A stretch of DNA of 60,743 nucleotides, filler included, from Candidatus Woesearchaeota archaeon (GCA_964342845.1; 3 parts of 3 records of this genome joined end to end with filler, not necessarily neighbours in it), one strand, 5' to 3'. Shown: positions 1 through 10,938, counted from the first letter of the whole stretch. Program-made: numbers and translations. Notes: generated by a model not told the origin, from the sequence alone.

Positions 1-529
1 ATTTTTCTCCAGCAAAACCATCAGCAGTCTTTATATCTATATCTTGCAACCCATAAGTATTCAACCTGTTCTCCAAAACAGCAACCAAATTATCTCTTTC
101 AGCATCAGTAATCACTCCAACAGGTTCTAATAAAACTCTAGTACCCCCTTCCAACTCCAAGCCCTTTCTCAAATTAGAAAAAGGCGCCTCACCAACAGTT
201 AAACCAGAATCTCCTTCTTTAACCAAAAAGTAACTTCCCTTATCTGTCTCCAAACTAAATCCTTCACCTTCTTCAATATAACCCAAAATATCAGCATAAT
301 CTTCTAAGCTACCAACTTCAATATTATCTATACTTTTTATAACTTCTAGAGAAGTCAAAGAAGTATCAGCATCAGGACTTGAAATCCCAGCTAAATAAGC
401 ACTAGAATTCAATTCAACATTTTTAATCACAACGCCTTCTGTTCCAAACTGAGGGTTGATAGCTAACAAACTAACAAAAAGGAAAAATACTAATATCCAC
501 ACCCTGGGTTTCTTAAACAGTTTTTTCAT
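1..529 (-). CDS. secD: Preprotein translocase subunit SecD, N-terminal part (runs off window)
   Basis: Manual translation MKKLFKKPRVWILVFFLFVSLLAINPQ...LRKGLELEGGTRVLLEP matches the SecD N-terminal GLDLxGG motif; directly downstream of secF. Confidence 0.85.
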   Translation of the reverse strand, partial: MKKLFKKPRVWILVFFLFVSLLAINPQFGTEGVVIKNVELNSSAYLAGISSPDADTSLTSLEVIKSIDNIEVGSLEDYADILGYIEEGEGFSLETDKGSYFLVKEGDSGLTVGEAPFSNLRKGLELEGGTRVLLEPVGVITDAERDNLVAVLENRLNTYGLQDIDIKTADGFAGEK

Positions 530-1400
530 TTTTCTTATCCACATACCAACTCAACAAAGGAGCATTCATCAACCAAGTTGAAATTATATCAACAAACAAA
601 GCAAAGATTATAATTATAAACATCTCTTTCAAAACCAAAGAATTTGACAATAAGAATGCAACAGACAAAGCAGCTATCGTTGTCACAGTCATTGTCAATC
701 CTGTTTTCATTGCATTAAAAGTTCTCTCAAATATTGTCCCTTCTTTCCTCTTCAAAACCTTAGTAGTCAATAAAACATCAGTATCAATCGAGTAACCCAA
801 AACAAGTAAAAATGCAGCAATACCTGCAGATGAAATTTTAATTTCAAACAAACTAACAAAAGCCAAAGCCCCTAGTAAATCTAAAGAAGCAGACAAAATA
901 ACAGCTAAAGACGGTACAACTTTTCTAAAAGCTATAAAAACAACAACAGCCATTAACAAAAAAGCAAACAAAATAGCATAAACCATCTCTCTAAAAAACG
1001 CTGCTCCTAAACTACTTCCTGTTTCCTGAACAGAATAATTATCACTAGTAAATTCAAACCCAAAAAATTCTTCCAATACAGGTTGTACTTCATCATTAGT
1101 CAAATCAGCAATTTCTATAATATACCCTAGCAAACCGCTAGTACTAAAGTCACTCAACTCTCTAACAGAAACATCATGACCTTCAAACATAGCTTCTAAC
1201 TCTGCTTCATTAATCACTTCAGAAGTATATACAGTAGCACTAACTCCTCCTTTCAAAGAAACATCTTTCTCCAAAATATAACCTTTAGTGCCTAAACTAT
1301 AACCCAAAATCAAAAAACATAAAACAAACAACACTAAAGGAACAATTAATAACTTCTTATGCTTTTCATTATAAAATTTCTCTAGTTTTTCTTTATACAT
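513..1400 (-). CDS. secF: Preprotein translocase subunit SecF
   Basis: LKGG N-terminal motif, GYSIDTDVLLT motif, six TM segments. Confidence 0.92.
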   Translation of the reverse strand: MYKEKLEKFYNEKHKKLLIVPLVLFVLCFLILGYSLGTKGYILEKDVSLKGGVSATVYTSEVINEAELEAMFEGHDVSVRELSDFSTSGLLGYIIEIADLTNDEVQPVLEEFFGFEFTSDNYSVQETGSSLGAAFFREMVYAILFAFLLMAVVVFIAFRKVVPSLAVILSASLDLLGALAFVSLFEIKISSAGIAAFLLVLGYSIDTDVLLTTKVLKRKEGTIFERTFNAMKTGLTMTVTTIAALSVAFLLSNSLVLKEMFIIIIFALFVDIISTWLMNAPLLSWYVDKKNEKTV

Positions 1401-1452
1401 AGAAAATCCATGAAACTAGTATCTTTATATACTTTTTTCTTTTTAAAATTAT

Positions 1453-1872
1453 ATGATAACAATCCTAAGAATAAACCATAGAATTTTAAGAGACAAAAGA
1501 TTAACCACACATGTCTGTTTAACAGCAAAAGCCTTTAAAGCACATAAAATAGTCTATTCAGGGCAAAAAGATTCTTCTTTAGAAACATCAATAAAAAAAC
1601 AAAACATCCCAATAGAACACTGCAAAAACCCAACAAATTTCTTAAAAAACTCTAAAGAACAAATAATCCACTTAACAATGAAAGGAGACCTATTCACAAA
1701 AGACTTACTCAAAAAAATAAACAAAAATATCATAATCATCGTTGGAAGCTCAAAAGTACATATAGAATATCATAAACTAGCTAACTTAAATATAGCAATA
1801 ACAAAACAACCACATTCAGAAGTTAGCGCTCTATCTACTTTCTTAGACCATTTAAATAAAATAATAAAATAA
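1453..1872 (+). CDS. tRNA (cytidine-56 2'-O)-methyltransferase aTrm56 (short SPOUT)
   Basis: LRINHRILRDKRLTTHVCLTA, HLTMKG and NIAITKQPHSEVSAL motifs typical of Trm56. Confidence 0.88.
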   Translation: MITILRINHRILRDKRLTTHVCLTAKAFKAHKIVYSGQKDSSLETSIKKQNIPIEHCKNPTNFLKNSKEQIIHLTMKGDLFTKDLLKKINKNIIIIVGSSKVHIEYHKLANLNIAITKQPHSEVSALSTFLDHLNKIIK

Positions 1873-1984
1873 AAAAAAGTTTTAAGAAGTTTTGTTTGTA
1901 GAGTTACTCTGGTTCAATGGAAAAGCTATAACTTCTGTCCAACTAAACGTCTCATTATAACACGCTCCTTCCCTACAGCCATCA
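1866..1984. repeat. Direct repeat copy 1 (paralog 3' end plus T-rich terminator); copy 2 at about 3765-3883
   Basis: aaaataaaaaaaagttttaagaagttttgtt.gtagagttactctg... present at both loci with scattered substitutions. Confidence 0.8.
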
Positions 1985-2814
1985 TACCCCAAAAGAGTAC
2001 AACGCTGGTACATATTACTTAACTGATCCTCTACACAAAAATACTCCACTACCCAACTTGCACTAGAGCAATAGTCATCATAACTGTAATTACCTGATTC
2101 ATTCATTCCATAAACAGTTCCTGCAACATCCACAACAATTCCGCCGTCAGTATCTTCACAAAAAGTCTCATTCACGACTTCTTTATAACACGCACCTTCG
2201 TAACAACCATCAAAACCATAATTACCGCAGTCTGCAGTTATAGAATAAGATCCATAACTAGAACAACCGTATTCTGTTACTGAAGTATTACTAACACAAG
2301 TGTCTTCAAAAGTATAATTACTTGAACCATTCCACCCATAGATATATCCTGGTACATCCACAACAAATCCGCCATCACTATCTTCACACCAAGTACTATT
2401 CAAATCTCCGTAACATGCACCGTAATTACATCCAGCATATCCTAAATCCTTACAACTCTGATAAACATGACTTAATTGGTTATCTACACAGAAATATTCT
2501 CTCAAACCACTTCCTGTCTCACAATAGTCATCATAACTATAATTACTTGAACCATTTACACCAAAAGTAGTACCTTGCACATCAAATACTTTCCCTCCAT
2601 CTGTCTCATTACACCAAGTCTCATTTCCAAAGCCACTAACGCCCAACATACTACTTATAACACCAAAGTCATTTCTTAAACTACTAACTTGCCAATCACT
2701 AAAATACCCTTTTTCAAAAATCTTCGCAGAAGGAACTAATCCACCATACATAGCAAAGACCATTCCACTCAATGCCACCAATAATATAGGCAACACTAAT
2801 ATTTTTTTATTCAT
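1882..2814 (-). CDS. Secreted Cys-rich repeat protein (3 x CxD[TS]DGG...EYxC...GC..GAC modules)
   Basis: Signal peptide, three ~70-aa six-Cys repeats, many N-x-S/T sequons; AGGAGG RBS upstream. Confidence 0.8.
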   Translation of the reverse strand: MNKKILVLPILLVALSGMVFAMYGGLVPSAKIFEKGYFSDWQVSSLRNDFGVISSMLGVSGFGNETWCNETDGGKVFDVQGTTFGVNGSSNYSYDDYCETGSGLREYFCVDNQLSHVYQSCKDLGYAGCNYGACYGDLNSTWCEDSDGGFVVDVPGYIYGWNGSSNYTFEDTCVSNTSVTEYGCSSYGSYSITADCGNYGFDGCYEGACYKEVVNETFCEDTDGGIVVDVAGTVYGMNESGNYSYDDYCSSASWVVEYFCVEDQLSNMYQRCTLLGYDGCREGACYNETFSWTEVIAFPLNQSNSTNKTS

Positions 2815-2890
2815 TTTTCTTAAACCTCCTTAATTTTCTAAAAAATAGAAGACGGAACAATATATAAAACATCTCTGGAACAAGATGGAA

Positions 2891-3718
2891 CTACTTATCT
2901 TTAAACCACTTACTTAGACAAACAAGATTAGAAGTCCCCACACCCTTAATCTCTAAAACCTGCTTTCCTTCTAAATATTTTAAATTCCTAGACAAAGTAC
3001 TTTTAGGCAACCCAGTTAAACTACGAATTTTAGCCTGAGTTAAATCTCCATGATTAAGTAAACAAACCACTATCTTTCTTTGAACATCTATCAAAGTTTT
3101 CAAAATATCTTCTTTCCCACTAGTCATCCTTCTAGAAACACTACTCTTTCTCTCCTTTTTCAAAAAAGAACTCATCAAAACAAAAATAACTAAAACAAAA
3201 AACACACCAAATAAATATTTATACATATCAATAAAAAAATCATTATTTTCCTCATTCACAAAAATATCATAATTATACTTCAAAAATATAGTTTCACCTT
3301 CATCTAATTCAAAATTAAGACTAACAAATTCTCCTTCAAAAACAGAAGTAGTAGGGACAACAGCCAATAAATTAACTCCTTTAGGTAACTCAATCTCAAC
3401 AATAGAACTCGAAGAACTAAAATTAAAACTCCAAACGCCTTCATTTTTATCTGTTAATACATCAGAAATATAATTAACAAACACAACACCATCAGAAAAA
3501 TCTTCCAAATAAACAACTCCACCATTAATAGAATAGCTCAAATCTTCATCATCTAAACTAACTTTCAAATAAGAAGAATCAGGCAAAGAAAACAACAAAA
3601 CACCATCTACAACAACTACTTCTTCCTCAACATAAACAACCCCGTTTTCACTAACAGAAACACTTGCTCCTGCACTCACTAAAGGCACCAACAACAAAAA
3701 TAATACCAAATATTTCAT
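2891..3718 (-). CDS. Membrane-anchored winged-HTH regulator (signal peptide, extracellular domain, TM, C-terminal wHTH)
   Basis: C-terminal LTQAKIRSLTGLPKSTLSRNLKYLEGK HTH after a TM helix. Confidence 0.8.
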   Translation of the reverse strand: MKYLVLFLLLVPLVSAGASVSVSENGVVYVEEEVVVVDGVLLFSLPDSSYLKVSLDDEDLSYSINGGVVYLEDFSDGVVFVNYISDVLTDKNEGVWSFNFSSSSSIVEIELPKGVNLLAVVPTTSVFEGEFVSLNFELDEGETIFLKYNYDIFVNEENNDFFIDMYKYLFGVFFVLVIFVLMSSFLKKERKSSVSRRMTSGKEDILKTLIDVQRKIVVCLLNHGDLTQAKIRSLTGLPKSTLSRNLKYLEGKQVLEIKGVGTSNLVCLSKWFKDK

Positions 3719-3780
3719 AAAAAGAGTAAAAAAAAGACATTTAAAATCTTATCGGTTTTCAAAAAAAATAAAAAAAAGTT

Positions 3781-4425
3781 TTAAGAAGTTTTGTTCGTAG
3801 AGTTACTCTGATTCAACGGAAAAGCCATAACTTCTGTCCAACTAAATGTCTCATTATAACACGCTCCTTCTCTGCAGCCATCAAAACCATAAGAGCTACA
3901 AGATGAAAAACGTGCAGACATCTCATCATCACTACAATAATATTCAGTTATCTCATTACTACCAATACAGTAATCATCATACGTATAGTTTCCTGATTCG
4001 TTCACCCCATAAACAGTTCCTGCAACATCCACAACAATTCCGCCATCAGTGTCTTCACACCATGAAGATTCATTATGTATACATGCACCATTACTGCAAC
4101 CATCAAAACCCATCTCAGAACAAGATCTAAGCTCATAAATAGGATATACTCCGTAACTACAATAACTCTCAGCTATACTACCACCAGCAGTACAATAGTC
4201 GTTCAACTCATACACTTCAGAAGACCCGTTTATTTTATAAAAAACAGATCCTTCCTCAATAAAGTTAACTCCAAAGTCAGTTTCCCCAACACAATTTATA
4301 TCTAAATCACTAGCATCATTGCCATACAATCTTCCAACAAAAGTAGCTAATCCGCCATACATAGCAAACACTGCCCCCAAACATAACAAGAATACTATAG
4401 GCAACACTAATACTTTTTTATTCAT
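3781..4425 (-). CDS. Secreted Cys-rich repeat protein, paralog of 1882-2814 (2 modules)
   Basis: Similar signal peptide (MNKKxLVLPI...AMYGGL) and near-identical C-terminus GCREGACYNETFSWTEVxAFPLNQSNSTNKTS. Confidence 0.8.
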   Translation of the reverse strand: MNKKVLVLPIVFLLCLGAVFAMYGGLATFVGRLYGNDASDLDINCVGETDFGVNFIEEGSVFYKINGSSEVYELNDYCTAGGSIAESYCSYGVYPIYELRSCSEMGFDGCSNGACIHNESSWCEDTDGGIVVDVAGTVYGVNESGNYTYDDYCIGSNEITEYYCSDDEMSARFSSCSSYGFDGCREGACYNETFSWTEVMAFPLNQSNSTNKTS

Positions 4426-4580
4426 TTTACCAAATCTCCTCTGACCTCAGAAAAAGCACCCAAATAATATAACTACAATAGACTTAAATAAATATCTTAA
4501 AAAAAATATATACTTTACAAAATACCTACCCAAAAATAAAAATAAAAAAACTTATAAACCTAAAACCCAAAAATAGACAT

Positions 4581-6998
4581 ATGTTAAAAAAAATACTAAT
4601 CCTACTAATATTATTACTCCCTCTAATTAGTGCCCAAAACATAATATTAACATTAACGCAAACAGAATATGGGCCAGAACAAGTAATACAAGGAAACCTA
4701 CTCATTAACCAAACAACGACAATTTCAGCAGAAACAATCTTAAAAGCAATAACAAATGAACTAACAACAGAATTAACAATTAAACAACTTTTAATAAATG
4801 CAAACCTAGAATCGGAAATAATTCCAAAAAATTTCACAATCTCCTCAAATCTTATGACTTCAAAAACATTAACAAATGACGAAACATACATAGGACAAGA
4901 ACTAACAGAAGCAATAACATCATTCTTATTAAAAATAAAAGGAGATAACGCAAAGGTACTAAAAATAGATATAGGAGATGACAACACAATAGAATACAAC
5001 CACAAAGGTTCAATCAAATCATGGTCATCTAAATTATATCCAGATAACAAACAAACATACCAAGGAACAGAAGCTACAAAAGACTTATTCTACGCAGCTT
5101 GTGAAAACATAAGCATCTCATTCGAAGAATATTTTGATGCAAACGAAATAGAAATAACAGCAAAGATAGCAAAAGAAATAGAATCACCAAGCGGAAATGT
5201 AAAAGCATATATAGATAAAACAAAAGTATGCGAATTTGATAAAACACAAATCAAAGAAACAATAACAGATATAAGTTGCATTGGAGACCTAACATCTCCT
5301 GAAACAAAAACATATGAAATATGTATTCAAGCAGATTATCAAGAAGAATTTTATACACCTACAAAAGAAGATTATCATTTCTTTTACGCAAAAAATGCTA
5401 TTTATGATCAAACATTAGACACAGAAATAGAAATCATAGATCCAACAGAAATAAACAATTATCTCGCAGGTTGCTCATACCAGTGTCTAGTCCCAATAAA
5501 AATATCAACACAAGACCCAACAAAAATAACAATAACAGAAATCAAAACAACAAACAACCAAGGATTAAGAGAACAATCTTTCTATCTATTAGATAAAACA
5601 GAAGAATCCGTAGAACTTCCAACAACAATCCCTTTATTTGCTTTTAACATATCAACACCAACAGAAAAAGGAGATTACTCATTAAAAATTACTCTAAACC
5701 AAAAACCATACACCTCAAATTTCTCAGTTATAACAATACCTATAGCATTATTCACAACATCATCAGACATAACAATGCCAAATAAAGAAATAACATTAGA
5801 TGCATCTAGCTCAATCCCATCATCTGGATCAACAATAACAAAATACGAATGGGAATTTGGAGACAACACAACATCTACCTTACAAATAGTCTCAAAGAAA
5901 TATACAAACCCAGGAAACTACACAATAAACCTAACAATAACAGACAGCAAAGGAATAAAAAGCAACAAAATAAATAAAACAATAGAAGTTTTAGAAACAG
6001 AAGAATACATAGAGTCAGTTATAGATCAAACAGAACAACAACTCCAACCAATAATAAATGATTTCTATACTCAATTAAAATATGATGAATTAAGAACAGA
6101 ATCTTTAACAAAACTAACAGAATTAAGACAAGTGTTAGAACAAGCAAAACTAACAACATATCCAGAAGCATACTATTCAAACATTTCTGCTGAAATTGAA
6201 CTAATAAAATCACAGAATATAATTTCAATAAGTTCTTCAGATAAATTAGAAAGAACAAACCCATATAGAGAAATAAGTTATTTTCCCCCAACTTCAACAC
6301 AATACACCACAGACCAAAAAAATGAAATAAATGCATTCAATACAAATGAAATATCCTTAAAAGAAACAATAACAAGAATATCCTTAACAAACCTAAACCA
6401 AGAAACTTCTGAATTAATAGTAATAGAAAAATCAATATACCCAACAGATAACTTGATTATAGAAGACTTCTCAAATATATATTCAGAATTCTCAGATCTA
6501 GAAATCATAACACCAACAACATATACAGAAACCAACCAAAATACAATAGAATTCCAATCATCTTCCTTAGTCTATACTCTGCCTTCTGGAAACTTAGAAA
6601 ACATAGGAATCACAACAGTACTGACTTCAACAACACAAGAAAATATTTCCTGTGGTGATGGAATCTGCACAAGACCAGATGAAAACGAAGAAAACTGTCC
6701 AGAAGATTGTACAACAGAAATTCCATGGTTAGTCTACACTTTGCTTTTCATAATTTTAATAATCGGATTCTACTACATAAACTTCTACAAAGGACCATAC
6801 AATTTCAGAGAATTAAGCAATAAACTAACAATAAAAATATTTAACAAAAGACTTTTCACAAACGAACAAGATTTAATTAATCTAAAAAACTACGTCAACC
6901 AAATGTTAAAACAAGAACATACAGAAGAAGATATAAAACAAGTTTTACTACAGCAAGGATGGAACCAAAAACAAATAAATTTTGCCTTTAGGAAATAA
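4581..6998 (+). CDS. PKD-domain cell-surface protein with C-terminal TM anchor
   Basis: Signal peptide; PKD motif YEWEFGD...YTNPGNYTINLTITD; CGDGIC...CPEDC module; TM and cytoplasmic tail. Confidence 0.8.
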   Translation: MLKKILILLILLLPLISAQNIILTLTQTEYGPEQVIQGNLLINQTTTISAETILKAITNELTTELTIKQLLINANLESEIIPKNFTISSNLMTSKTLTNDETYIGQELTEAITSFLLKIKGDNAKVLKIDIGDDNTIEYNHKGSIKSWSSKLYPDNKQTYQGTEATKDLFYAACENISISFEEYFDANEIEITAKIAKEIESPSGNVKAYIDKTKVCEFDKTQIKETITDISCIGDLTSPETKTYEICIQADYQEEFYTPTKEDYHFFYAKNAIYDQTLDTEIEIIDPTEINNYLAGCSYQCLVPIKISTQDPTKITITEIKTTNNQGLREQSFYLLDKTEESVELPTTIPLFAFNISTPTEKGDYSLKITLNQKPYTSNFSVITIPIALFTTSSDITMPNKEITLDASSSIPSSGSTITKYEWEFGDNTTSTLQIVSKKYTNPGNYTINLTITDSKGIKSNKINKTIEVLETEEYIESVIDQTEQQLQPIINDFYTQLKYDELRTESLTKLTELRQVLEQAKLTTYPEAYYSNISAEIELIKSQNIISISSSDKLERTNPYREISYFPPTSTQYTTDQKNEINAFNTNEISLKETITRISLTNLNQETSELIVIEKSIYPTDNLIIEDFSNIYSEFSDLEIITPTTYTETNQNTIEFQSSSLVYTLPSGNLENIGITTVLTSTTQENISCGDGICTRPDENEENCPEDCTTEIPWLVYTLLFIILIIGFYYINFYKGPYNFRELSNKLTIKIFNKRLFTNEQDLINLKNYVNQMLKQEHTEEDIKQVLLQQGWNQKQINFAFRK

Positions 6999-7086
6999 AA
7001 AATGTATCCATTAATCTAGTCTTTGACCAATTTCTATTTAAAAACCCTTCAAAACATTTATAAAACCCCAGAACTTCCACAAAAAA

Positions 7087-9696
7087 ATGGAAGAAGACCT
7101 AAAAATAGACTTTAAAAAAATAAAGTCAGCTTTTTCAAAGTTAAAGCCAAAAAAACAAGAGGCAAAATCTACAGAAGATGAACTAGAAGTAGAACCAAAA
7201 AAAATAATAAATTTCACAAAAAAACACAAAACAATCTTACTTCTATTAATCCCAATATTCTTAGCAATCTTCTTCAGAGCATATATTTATGATATGCCTC
7301 TAACAGATGAATGGGCTACCTCAAGCGTAGAATCTTCAATAAGAGCTCAGATAGAAGCACAAATAAACCAAGATGCTCCAACTTTAAATCAAGAATCAAA
7401 AAATGAATTAATAGAACAACAATACCAAGAATTCGCCGAACAAAATCAAGAACAAATAGATCAACAAATACAAGCCACAGCAGATTACTATAAAAATAAT
7501 TATAAAGATGACCAAGGCAACATCTACCTCCCTGACATAGACACCTACAAATTCTACATGGAAGTAAAAAACATTCTAGGTGACGATGAAAAAGCATTTG
7601 AAATAAACGAACAATATGATTCTGTCTACAGTTGGGAAGCAACTAGTTTACACCCCTACTTAATCGCTTACTCATACAAAATAGCAGATATTTTCACAAA
7701 CGCATCCATTATCTCAATAATGTTCCTAATCCCTGTAATCTTTGCTGCTCTCTCAATAATCCCTGTCTTTTTCATAACAAGAAGAATAGCTGGAAACATA
7801 GGAGCTCTTTTCGCATCTATAATGCTAGCAATTAACGCCTCCTACATTTCAAGAAGTTCAGCAGGCGTAGCAGACACAGACTTATACAACATATTCTTCC
7901 CCCTAATGATTGTTTGGCCTTTATTAGAAAGCTTTGTAACCAAAAACAAAAAAACAAAAATAATACTAGCATCTGTAGCAGGTTTAATAACAGGAATATA
8001 CAGTTACACCTGGTCAGGTTGGTGGTATATCTTTGACTTCATACTAGGAGCACTAGGTATCTATTTCCTATCCTTAATACTAAAGCAAAGAAAAAACATA
8101 AAGCACTTTTTCAAAAACAAAAAAACAAAAGACTTCTTATTAAGTATAATCCCTTATGTAATCTCAACACTAATATTTGTTTCATTATTTTCAGGCTTTT
8201 CAACATTCATCTACGCACCATTAACCCCTATAGGATTCACCTCAATCCAAGAAGCTTCAAAAGAAAACTACTGGCCTAATGTTTATACAACAGTAGCAGA
8301 ACTAAATCCAGCTTCTTTAGACACAATAATATCCTCACTAGGAGGAAATTTATTCTTCGCTCTATCCATTTTAGGTATTCTCTTAACATTATATATTTGG
8401 AGAAAAACACCAATAGGTTTAATATATGCATTACTTTTAATAATTTGGTACATAGGAATATTCTATGCAGCAACAAAAGGTATAAGATTTATCATGATGA
8501 CAGCTCCTGCATTTGCAATAGGTTTTGGAGCTACAATAGGCATAGTTTACTACAAAGTAAGCAACTGGACATCTAAAAATCTAGACTTAAACAAAAAACT
8601 AATTAGAACAATATTTATAATACTCTTCATACTCTTATTAATAAACCCAATAAAAGCAGCAGACTCAACAGCAAAAGCACAATTTCCTCTATACGACGAC
8701 GTCTGGGATGCATCATTAACTAAAATAAAACAAGATACACCAGAAGATGCAATAATAAGTTCTTGGTGGGACTATGGTTGGTGGTTTATGGCAATAGCTG
8801 AAAGACAAGTAACATTCTCAGGAGGATCACAAAACACAGCACAAGCACACTGGATAGGTAAAGTCCTCTCAACATCAGATGAAGAACAAGCTGTAGGTCT
8901 TTTAAGAATGCTTAACTGTGGAAAAAATACAGCTTACTATCTCCTAGAAAATCAAACAGGAAGCACAATAGCAGCAACCGACCTAATCTATGAAATAGTT
9001 CCTCTAACAAAAGATGAAGCCAGAATAGTCCTAGAACAAAATAACATAGAAGACATAGATGAAATTCTAGCAGAAAGTCATTGTGACAATCCAGCAACAG
9101 ATATATTCATAACTTCAGAAGACATGGTTTCTAAAGCAGGAGTTTGGGCCCACTTCGGAGGTTGGGATTTTACAAAATCATACATTTACACAAACATAAA
9201 TGGAAAAGAAAAAGATTATTCAGTAGAATTCCTACAAACAAATCTAGGTTACACAGAAGAACAAGCATTTGACATGTACAGAGAAGTAAACTCTTTAACA
9301 TCAGAACAAGATGCAAATAACTGGATATCTCCATTCACTGGCTACCAAGGCATAGGATACTGCTCTTCAAATGATGAAATGGTTCAATGTTCAAATGGTT
9401 TAATAGTAGATAAAATTAATGACACAATCTACCTTTCCGCAGAACAAGGCTATTATTCACCAGAAAAGTATTTTGACGGAGAGCAAGTCAGAACAATAGA
9501 AGGAGGAACAGAAGGATTAGCTGTTGCCTACAATGAAAAAACACAAACATCATTCATAACATCACCAGATCTTCTTGAAAGCATGTTCACAAAATTATTC
9601 TTTTTCGAAGGCCAAGGTACAGAACATTTCAAATTACTCCTTCATGAACAAGGATTTAACGCATTCGACATCTATGCATGGGAAGTAGAATGGTAA
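7087..9696 (+). CDS. aglB: Oligosaccharyltransferase AglB (STT3 family)
   Basis: WWDYG motif, TVAEL motif, DTD motif, many TMs. Confidence 0.95.
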   Translation: MEEDLKIDFKKIKSAFSKLKPKKQEAKSTEDELEVEPKKIINFTKKHKTILLLLIPIFLAIFFRAYIYDMPLTDEWATSSVESSIRAQIEAQINQDAPTLNQESKNELIEQQYQEFAEQNQEQIDQQIQATADYYKNNYKDDQGNIYLPDIDTYKFYMEVKNILGDDEKAFEINEQYDSVYSWEATSLHPYLIAYSYKIADIFTNASIISIMFLIPVIFAALSIIPVFFITRRIAGNIGALFASIMLAINASYISRSSAGVADTDLYNIFFPLMIVWPLLESFVTKNKKTKIILASVAGLITGIYSYTWSGWWYIFDFILGALGIYFLSLILKQRKNIKHFFKNKKTKDFLLSIIPYVISTLIFVSLFSGFSTFIYAPLTPIGFTSIQEASKENYWPNVYTTVAELNPASLDTIISSLGGNLFFALSILGILLTLYIWRKTPIGLIYALLLIIWYIGIFYAATKGIRFIMMTAPAFAIGFGATIGIVYYKVSNWTSKNLDLNKKLIRTIFIILFILLLINPIKAADSTAKAQFPLYDDVWDASLTKIKQDTPEDAIISSWWDYGWWFMAIAERQVTFSGGSQNTAQAHWIGKVLSTSDEEQAVGLLRMLNCGKNTAYYLLENQTGSTIAATDLIYEIVPLTKDEARIVLEQNNIEDIDEILAESHCDNPATDIFITSEDMVSKAGVWAHFGGWDFTKSYIYTNINGKEKDYSVEFLQTNLGYTEEQAFDMYREVNSLTSEQDANNWISPFTGYQGIGYCSSNDEMVQCSNGLIVDKINDTIYLSAEQGYYSPEKYFDGEQVRTIEGGTEGLAVAYNEKTQTSFITSPDLLESMFTKLFFFEGQGTEHFKLLLHEQGFNAFDIYAWEVEW

Positions 9697-9727
9697 ACCT
9701 TTTAAACAAATAATCTAAATAAATAAA

Positions 9728-9985
9728 ATGGCATTTGAAGGTTGGATTGGACTTCTCGGAGGGATTATTTTCTATTTATCCTGGATAGTCCAAACATGGG
9801 AAACAAAAAAACACAAAAAACCAACATTCACAGCCAAGTTTTTCTGGATAAGAGTTATAGGTTCATCTCTCCTTCTAATAGAAGCAATAAGGCTAAATTC
9901 TATAGGGTTTATTCTAGTATATCTAGGCACAATAGGTATGATGGGGTACAATCTCCTAAAATTAAAAAGCTATATAAATGAATGA
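9728..9985 (+). CDS. Small 3-TM protein (PQ-loop / lipid-A-synthase N-terminal-like)
   Basis: WIVQTWETKK...FFWIRVIGSSLLL pattern, three TMs. Confidence 0.55.
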   Translation: MAFEGWIGLLGGIIFYLSWIVQTWETKKHKKPTFTAKFFWIRVIGSSLLLIEAIRLNSIGFILVYLGTIGMMGYNLLKLKSYINE

Positions 9986-10938
9986 AAAATACCCATTTTA
10001 AGATGATTGACCTAAGTATAGTCGTACCAGCATATAATGAAGAAAAAAATGTTATATTGCTTCACCGTAAAGTAAAAGAGATTCTAAAGCCACTTAACAT
10101 AAGTCATGAAATAATCTTCATAGATGATGGTTCTAAAGACAACACCTACCAGGACTTAGAAAGAATACACAAAAAAGACAAAAAAGTAAAAATAATTAAA
10201 TTTAAGAGAAATTTCGGTAAAGCAGCTGCATTATCAGCAGGATTTGAACTAGCACAAGGAAACTTAATCCTAACAATGGATGCAGACCTACAAGATGACC
10301 CAAGAGAAATTCCAAGATTTCTAAATAAACTAAACAAAGGATATGACATAGTAGTAGGTTGGAAATACAAAAGAAAAGACCCATATATAACAAAAGTCAT
10401 ACCTTCAAAAATATTCAATCTATTAGTAAGAAAACTAACTAAAATAAAATTACATGATTCAGACTGCAATTTCAGATTAATGAAAAAAGAAATACTAAAT
10501 GACCTCACAATCTATGGTGGTCTATATAGATATATACCTTCACTAACAGCATCAAAAGGGTATAGACTAGGAGAAATAAAAGTCAGGCACAACCCAAGAA
10601 GACATGGAAAATCAAAATTCGGTTTTCTAAGATTATTCAAAGGCTCTTTTGATTTAATTACAATAAAATACCTAATAAGCTACTCCCAAAGCCCACTATA
10701 CTTCTTTGGCGGAATAGGTCTATTCTTTGAAACTATAGGTATACTCTTAGGATTCTATCTTACATATTTAAAATTTATCTTAGGAGAAACAATAGGTAAC
10801 AGACCTTTATTATTATTAGTAGTCTTATTAATAATTCTAGGAATACAATTAATCTCTTTAGGACTAATAGCAGAAATGATAACTAACACTCATAAAAAGT
10901 CTGCTAAAAACTATCTAATTAAAAATATTTTAAAATGA
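9982..10938 (+). CDS. GT2 polyprenol-phosphate glycosyltransferase (ArnC/DPM-like); probable start 10003
   Basis: VVPAYNEE, DDGSKD, MDADLQDDP, two C-terminal TMs. Confidence 0.92.
   Translation: MKNTHFKMIDLSIVVPAYNEEKNVILLHRKVKEILKPLNISHEIIFIDDGSKDNTYQDLERIHKKDKKVKIIKFKRNFGKAAALSAGFELAQGNLILTMDADLQDDPREIPRFLNKLNKGYDIVVGWKYKRKDPYITKVIPSKIFNLLVRKLTKIKLHDSDCNFRLMKKEILNDLTIYGGLYRYIPSLTASKGYRLGEIKVRHNPRRHGKSKFGFLRLFKGSFDLITIKYLISYSQSPLYFFGGIGLFFETIGILLGFYLTYLKFILGETIGNRPLLLLVVLLIILGIQLISLGLIAEMITNTHKKSAKNYLIKNILK

Noticed and set aside
1882..4425. Possible DGR template/variable repeat pair
   Set aside because: Both copies are intact genes, differences are not obviously adenine-restricted, and no reverse transcriptase is present in the window
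4526..5050. Antisense and alternate-frame ORFs in the track (also 17599-18057, 36072-36578, 44921-45418 and others)
   Set aside because: They overlap well-supported genes and are explained by strand compositional bias
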